From the NCBI GenBank assembly GCA_044356295.1, contig JBIKWN010000017.1, positions 1 to 41,774 of the forward strand: a stretch of 41,774 nt of DNA. The letters are read 5' to 3'. The notes beneath the pieces are model-generated. The model was not told the DNA's origin. It did not search any database and was given only the letters and a program-made list of their open reading frames with translations. The position numbers were made by a program, and so were the translations under genes. Position 1 is the first letter of the stretch. Each line of letters opens with the position of its first letter. Below are positions 37,187-41,774 of this stretch, in pieces. The DNA is from Bdellovibrionota bacterium (GTDB lineage: Bacteria > Bdellovibrionota_C > UBA2361 > JBIKWN01).

Positions 37187-38067
37187 CCAAACTTATCACC
37201 CTTTTCATTGTTGTCATTATTGCTATTCCTACCATGATAGGTGCAGCAATTGTTGCTGGAAAAGAAGTAGCATCAAAAGATGAACATAGACGTCCAACAG
37301 ATAAAAAAATTGCAGTCATTGAACTCGTTGGAGTTATCGAGAACTCAAAAGATATCATAGAAGAGCTGTATGAAAATGCAGATGATAAGCATATCGATGG
37401 CATTGTTATTCGAATCGATTCTCCTGGCGGAGCAGTAGCCCCCTCGCAAGATTTGTATCAGACAATTTTAAAGCTTAAAGAAAAGAAGCCAATTGTTGCA
37501 TCAATGGGTTCACTTGCTGCTTCAGGAGGATTCTATACTGCAGTAGCTGCAACAAAAGTATTAGCACAACCAGGCACAATGACTGGGTCGATTGGTGTTT
37601 TGATGCAGATTCCGAACGTCACAAAAATTACCGAAATGATTGGCTTTGATATGATTACTATTCGAGCTGGTACAATGAAAGATGCTGGTAATAGTTTTCG
37701 AATGATGACTCCTGAAGAAAGAGTATATCTGGAAAATACAACTGCTATGGTACATACCCAGTTTATTAATGATGTTGCTTCAGCAAGAAAGATGACCTCA
37801 GATAAAGTTAAACTCATTGCAGATGGCCGAGTGATACTAGGCGAAGAAGCAAAGACACTCGGGCTTATTGATGGATTTGGAGATGTCTACGAAGCTGCAC
37901 GCCTAATCTATGAAATAAAAGGGCAGCCACTTCGTCCTGATGAGATGCCAGAACTCATATATAAAGATCAGCCATTTAAAGATTTTAAAAAAGCTTTTCA
38001 ATCAGTCATTAACCTTCCTGCACTCTTTACCAAGCGTGCCCCTGAAATAAGAGCACAACTATATTAG
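37162..38067 (+). CDS. sppA: Signal peptide peptidase SppA (36K type, S49)
   Basis: RIDSPGG, SMGSLAASGGFY, TGSIGV, GLIDGFG. Confidence 0.92.
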   Translation: MREYFVWLAKLITLFIVVIIAIPTMIGAAIVAGKEVASKDEHRRPTDKKIAVIELVGVIENSKDIIEELYENADDKHIDGIVIRIDSPGGAVAPSQDLYQTILKLKEKKPIVASMGSLAASGGFYTAVAATKVLAQPGTMTGSIGVLMQIPNVTKITEMIGFDMITIRAGTMKDAGNSFRMMTPEERVYLENTTAMVHTQFINDVASARKMTSDKVKLIADGRVILGEEAKTLGLIDGFGDVYEAARLIYEIKGQPLRPDEMPELIYKDQPFKDFKKAFQSVINLPALFTKRAPEIRAQLY

Positions 38068-38070
38068 TCT

Positions 38071-38562
38071 ATGACCACTGTTCTCTTTGTTTGTCTTGGA
38101 AATATTTGTCGGTCTCCAATGGCTGATGCTGTGATGCGGCACAAGGTAAAACTTGCAAAATTAGATAAGAAAATAAAAATCGATTCTGCGGGTACCGGTG
38201 GATGGCATCAAGGTGAAACTCCCCATCAAGGAACTCGCGAAGTTTTGAAAAAAAATTTAGTGTCGGATGAAGGTATTTTTGCTCGTAAGTTAGAAAAAGA
38301 AGATTTTCAAAAGTTTGATAGAATCTATGTTATGGATAAATCGAACTTAAAAGACGTAGAACAGTTTGCTCGCAAACATTCAATTGTTCCAACGCACCTT
38401 GAACTGTTTATGAATCCAGTAGCTGATAAGAGTTACCCTTTGGAAGTACCAGATCCTTATTATACTGGTGAATTTGATTTTGTGTATGAACTTGTCAATG
38501 AAGGATGTACTGCTATCTTGGCTGATTTGTTGGAAAATGAGGCTACTAAGTCAACTCGTTAG
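38071..38562 (+). CDS. Low-molecular-weight protein-tyrosine phosphatase
   Basis: VCLGNICRSPMA, DSAGT, VPDPYY. Confidence 0.93.
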   Translation: MTTVLFVCLGNICRSPMADAVMRHKVKLAKLDKKIKIDSAGTGGWHQGETPHQGTREVLKKNLVSDEGIFARKLEKEDFQKFDRIYVMDKSNLKDVEQFARKHSIVPTHLELFMNPVADKSYPLEVPDPYYTGEFDFVYELVNEGCTAILADLLENEATKSTR

Positions 38563-38599
38563 TACTACTTCCCGTAGAATGTAATTGATGACATTTTTA

Positions 38600-38671
38600 G
38601 TAACGCGAAGGTCGCGAAGTACGCGAAGGATTTAATTAGATCCTTCGCGAACTTCGCGACCTTCGCGTTAC
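38600..38671. repeat. Full copy of 9-nt-periodic inverted-repeat hairpin between convergent genes
   Basis: gtaacgcgaaggtcgcgaagtacgcgaagga-tttaattaga-tccttcgcgaacttcgcgaccttcgcgttac. Confidence 0.92.
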
Positions 38672-38770
38672 AAAATTTAAGTGGAAAAAATATTCACTCG
38701 TTGTTTAGTCGTAACTTTTCAACGAATTAAAGCACATATGTAGGATTCTTAACGGATAGTTATGACCTTG

Positions 38771-40288
38771 TTAGGAAGTAGCGATTCTATTTTTTACAAT
38801 CTCTACAGCTTTTTCAGCAGGAATTCTTTCCTGAAATGTAGTATCTCGGTCACGAATAGTAACTGAACCATCCTTAACACTATCATGGTCAACAGTGATG
38901 CAATACGGCGTGCCAATTTCATCATGCCGAGCGTATCTTTTTCCGATAGATTGCTGTTCATCATAAGAAGCATTAATCCCTTGTGAAAAGAAGTCTTTTA
39001 CAATTTTTCGCGCGACTTCAGGCATGCCCTCTTTTTTGAATAATGGAAGAACTGCGGCTTTGATTGGGGCGATGCGAGGGTTTAATTTTAAAAGAACTCG
39101 AGTTTTATCGTTCCCTTCAGCATCAGTACCACCTTCTTCAGTGTACGCATCACAAAGGAGGGCAAGAACTCCTCTCGTTAATCCTGCTGCTGGTTCGATC
39201 ACATAGGGTGTATATCTCCAACCGGCTTTCCCTGTTTCGGGGTCATTTTTTTGCTGATCAAAGTAGCTCAATTTTACACCAGCTTCTTGAGCGTGTTTTC
39301 CAAGATCGTAATCTGTTCGTGACGCTACTCCTTCCAGTTCATCCCATCCCCATGGATACTCATATTCAACGTCATAACAATTATCTGCATAGTGAGCCAA
39401 CTCGTCTTTTTCATGTTGGCGAAGCATGAATGCTTCTTTGTTATTTGCAAAAGACTTCCACCAATTAAGTCTTGCTTGACTCCAGTATTCAAGAAATTCT
39501 ACTTGTGTTCCTGGTTCACAAAAGTACTCCATCTCCATCTGCTCAAACTCGCAGGTACGGAAAATAAATTTTTCAGTAGTAATTTCATTACGAAAACTTT
39601 TTCCGATTTGAGCTATTCCAAATGGAACTTTCATTGACATGCTTTGTTGAACATTGAGGAATTGAACAAACATGGCTTGTGCAGTTTCAGGACGAAGATA
39701 GATGGCGGATTCTTTAACAATTTCATCTAATCTTTCACGAATAGCCTTTCTATCTGCACCAACTAATGTTCCTTTTTGAATTTCAGCAACGATGCCTTCA
39801 ACTGGATCAACTGGACCAATTGAAGTGCGAAACATTAAATTAAATTGTCTTTCATCTGAAAGTTCTGGAGAACCACAGACTGGGCATACATATCCTGCTT
39901 TTACTGTTCCTGAAGCAGAACCGTCTTCACCTTTGGCACCTTTCTTATACTCAACAATTGCGCCTATCTCTTTTTTAGGAGCTTTATCTGCTCTAAATCG
40001 CTCTTTGCAATTTAGGCAATCAACAAGAGGATCCGAGAAACCAGCTAAGTGTCCACTTGCTCGCCAAACATTTGGGTGCATGACAATTGATGCATCGATA
40101 CCAACAATATCTTCTCGCTCATGCACCATGCTCTTCCACCACTCTTGAGCAATATTTCTCTTGAGTTCTACCCCAAGAGGACCGAAATCATACGCACTTT
40201 TGAGTCCTCCATAGATTTCACTACTTTGAAAGATAAAACCACGTCGTTTACAGAGAGAAACTATTTTAGGAAGTATATCTGAGGTCAT
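38771..40288 (-). CDS. glyQS: Glycine--tRNA ligase (alpha2 type)
   Basis: KRRGF..SSEIYGG, YLRPETAQ, GKSFRNEIT, EFEQME, IEPAAG, SIGKRYARHDEIGTP. Confidence 0.95.
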   Translation of the reverse strand: MTSDILPKIVSLCKRRGFIFQSSEIYGGLKSAYDFGPLGVELKRNIAQEWWKSMVHEREDIVGIDASIVMHPNVWRASGHLAGFSDPLVDCLNCKERFRADKAPKKEIGAIVEYKKGAKGEDGSASGTVKAGYVCPVCGSPELSDERQFNLMFRTSIGPVDPVEGIVAEIQKGTLVGADRKAIRERLDEIVKESAIYLRPETAQAMFVQFLNVQQSMSMKVPFGIAQIGKSFRNEITTEKFIFRTCEFEQMEMEYFCEPGTQVEFLEYWSQARLNWWKSFANNKEAFMLRQHEKDELAHYADNCYDVEYEYPWGWDELEGVASRTDYDLGKHAQEAGVKLSYFDQQKNDPETGKAGWRYTPYVIEPAAGLTRGVLALLCDAYTEEGGTDAEGNDKTRVLLKLNPRIAPIKAAVLPLFKKEGMPEVARKIVKDFFSQGINASYDEQQSIGKRYARHDEIGTPYCITVDHDSVKDGSVTIRDRDTTFQERIPAEKAVEIVKNRIATS

Positions 40289-40298
40289 AGAAATAGAT

Positions 40299-41000
40299 TT
40301 AAAAAAAACTCAAGACAATCAGTATAGCAAGAAAAATCCAAGCTGAAAGGGGTTGGTGCTTCTTAATCTGAGGAATAAGGCAAATTCCGGTAAGGAGGTA
40401 CGTTGATGGGAGGTCTTTTGAAAAAACAAGTAAAAATAAGGCACTAACACCTATAGCTAAAACATAGGGAGGGAGTTGCTTCGATGAAAGAATGAGACTT
40501 TCGCGAAGTTCAAGTAAGCAGGCAGAAAAAGCAATACAGAATGCTACTAACTGCCAAGAAAAAGACAATACAGAAAATTGAAATGAAAGGAGTGAAGAGC
40601 CGAAGTAGAAAAGAAAAAATAAAGGAATAGCTTGTTTGTATTGTTTTAAAAAGTGGAACCGATATGACAGAGAAAGCAGTACGAATAAAAATAGTTCGAA
40701 TTGAAAGAGTAGGTTATCAGAGCGTTTTTGAAGAAGTAGTAAGCAAACACCAAAAAAACCAATTAAGAATAGTATACATAGTACTCTTACCAGTGACCGA
40801 TAGGAGGTGTCTAGATTCTGAGGAATGAGTTTATGAATAACATTTGCAGAAAATGACCAAACAATGAATGTGAATATCGTGATAAAATATCTATCAAGAT
40901 AAGCAACCAAGTCCACAGGTGCAATCTGAGCTGTTACGACCAATAATCCAGCGAATAGTGGTGCAATATCAAATAGTATATTCAACAAAACTGAGGTCAC
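40299..41000 (-). CDS. Hypothetical polytopic membrane protein
   Basis: 233-aa highly hydrophobic ORF co-oriented with glyQS; start uncertain. Confidence 0.6.
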   Translation of the reverse strand: MTSVLLNILFDIAPLFAGLLVVTAQIAPVDLVAYLDRYFITIFTFIVWSFSANVIHKLIPQNLDTSYRSLVRVLCILFLIGFFGVCLLLLQKRSDNLLFQFELFLFVLLSLSYRFHFLKQYKQAIPLFFLFYFGSSLLSFQFSVLSFSWQLVAFCIAFSACLLELRESLILSSKQLPPYVLAIGVSALFLLVFSKDLPSTYLLTGICLIPQIKKHQPLSAWIFLAILIVLSFF

Positions 41001-41037
41001 TTTTTTATCTCTTCATATATCGGTACACTGATCGGCT

Positions 41038-41718
41038 ATGCAAACTCCAATAGGCACGAAAGTTAAATCGATGTTCGCATCAATTGCTCATCGGTATGAT
41101 GTTACCAATACAGTCCTTAGTCTAGGAATCCATCATCTCTGGAAGAGGCATTTTATTGCTTCACTGAAAACAAAAGATTCTCCACGAATTATGGATTTGG
41201 CTTGTGGCACCGGAGATCTTGTTCCTTTGCTCAAAAGGACTCACGGCGGTCTTGTTACTGGAGTTGATTTCTGTGAGCCAATGCTTGAAGTCGCACGGGT
41301 TCGGTTTCCTGAGTTTGAATTTTTGCAAGGAGATGCTCTTAATCTCAATTTTGCAGATGACCAATTTGATATAATTACTATTTCGTTTGGCGTACGTAAT
41401 TTTGAAAATTTAGAACACGGACTAACAGAAGTGTATCGTGTATTAAAACCTGGTGGACAAATAGCAGTATTAGAGTTTGGTCAACCAGATGGAATACTCT
41501 TTGGTCCGTTATACCGATTTTATTCAAAGTATATTATGCCCATAATCGGAGGAGTTTTAACTGGCAATAAAAACGCGTATCAATATCTTCCTGAAACTGC
41601 GGCTGCTTTTCCTTGTGGTGATGCTTTTCTTCGGATTCTTAGTCGAATTGGATTTAAAGATGTTTCTTTGATTCGATATACTTTTGGAATTGCGTTTGGG
41701 TACAAAGGTATTAAGTAG
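41038..41718 (+). CDS. menG: UbiE/MenG demethylmenaquinone methyltransferase
   Basis: F.SIA.RYD..N..LSLGIH..W, DLACGTGD, ISFGVRN, RVLKPGG, AYQYLPE. Confidence 0.9.
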   Translation: MQTPIGTKVKSMFASIAHRYDVTNTVLSLGIHHLWKRHFIASLKTKDSPRIMDLACGTGDLVPLLKRTHGGLVTGVDFCEPMLEVARVRFPEFEFLQGDALNLNFADDQFDIITISFGVRNFENLEHGLTEVYRVLKPGGQIAVLEFGQPDGILFGPLYRFYSKYIMPIIGGVLTGNKNAYQYLPETAAAFPCGDAFLRILSRIGFKDVSLIRYTFGIAFGYKGIK

Positions 41719-41740
41719 AGATTTATTTTAAATTTTTTTT

Positions 41741-41774
41741 GTAACGCGAAGGTCGCGAAGTACGCGAAGGATTT
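41741..41774. repeat. Left arm of the 9-nt-periodic hairpin, truncated by window end
   Basis: gtaacgcgaaggtcgcgaagtacgcgaaggattt, identical to 38600-38633. Confidence 0.9.

Noticed and set aside
1..41774. 16-nt identity of the two ends suggesting a circular element
   Set aside because: The overlap lies within a multicopy repeat that also occurs at 38600. The content is chromosomal housekeeping with no replication or integration genes.

Overview
AT-rich bacterial chromosomal segment of about 37 CDS. The gene content looks deltaproteobacterial/Bdellovibrionota-like, which is an inference. Housekeeping genes (proC, cbs, lysA, tRNA nucleotidyltransferase, glyQS, menG/ubiE, meaB, sppA) are interleaved with dispersed flagellar genes: fliS followed by a putative flagellin-glycosylation island, a stand-alone second flgE, and fliK-flgD-flgE. 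There is also an orphan Flp pilin, several secreted proteins, and a self-promoted tRNA-Ile/tRNA-Ala pair with no rRNA. The most notable non-coding signals are: (i) four equally spaced sigma28-type promoters, one of which fires into a structured, U-rich intergenic region with no convincing ORF (candidate FliA-dependent sRNA, ~11035-11200, minus strand); (ii) a three-layer nested repeat (REP pair > 126-bp IS4-like MITE > hexamer hairpin) beside tRNA-Ala; (iii) a two-copy 54-nt structured repeat with a compensatory base-pair change between the tRNAs; (iv) a 9-nt-periodic hairpin family present internally and at both window ends. No CRISPR array, rRNA, transposase or phage module was seen. All family assignments are by eye from motifs; no searches were run.
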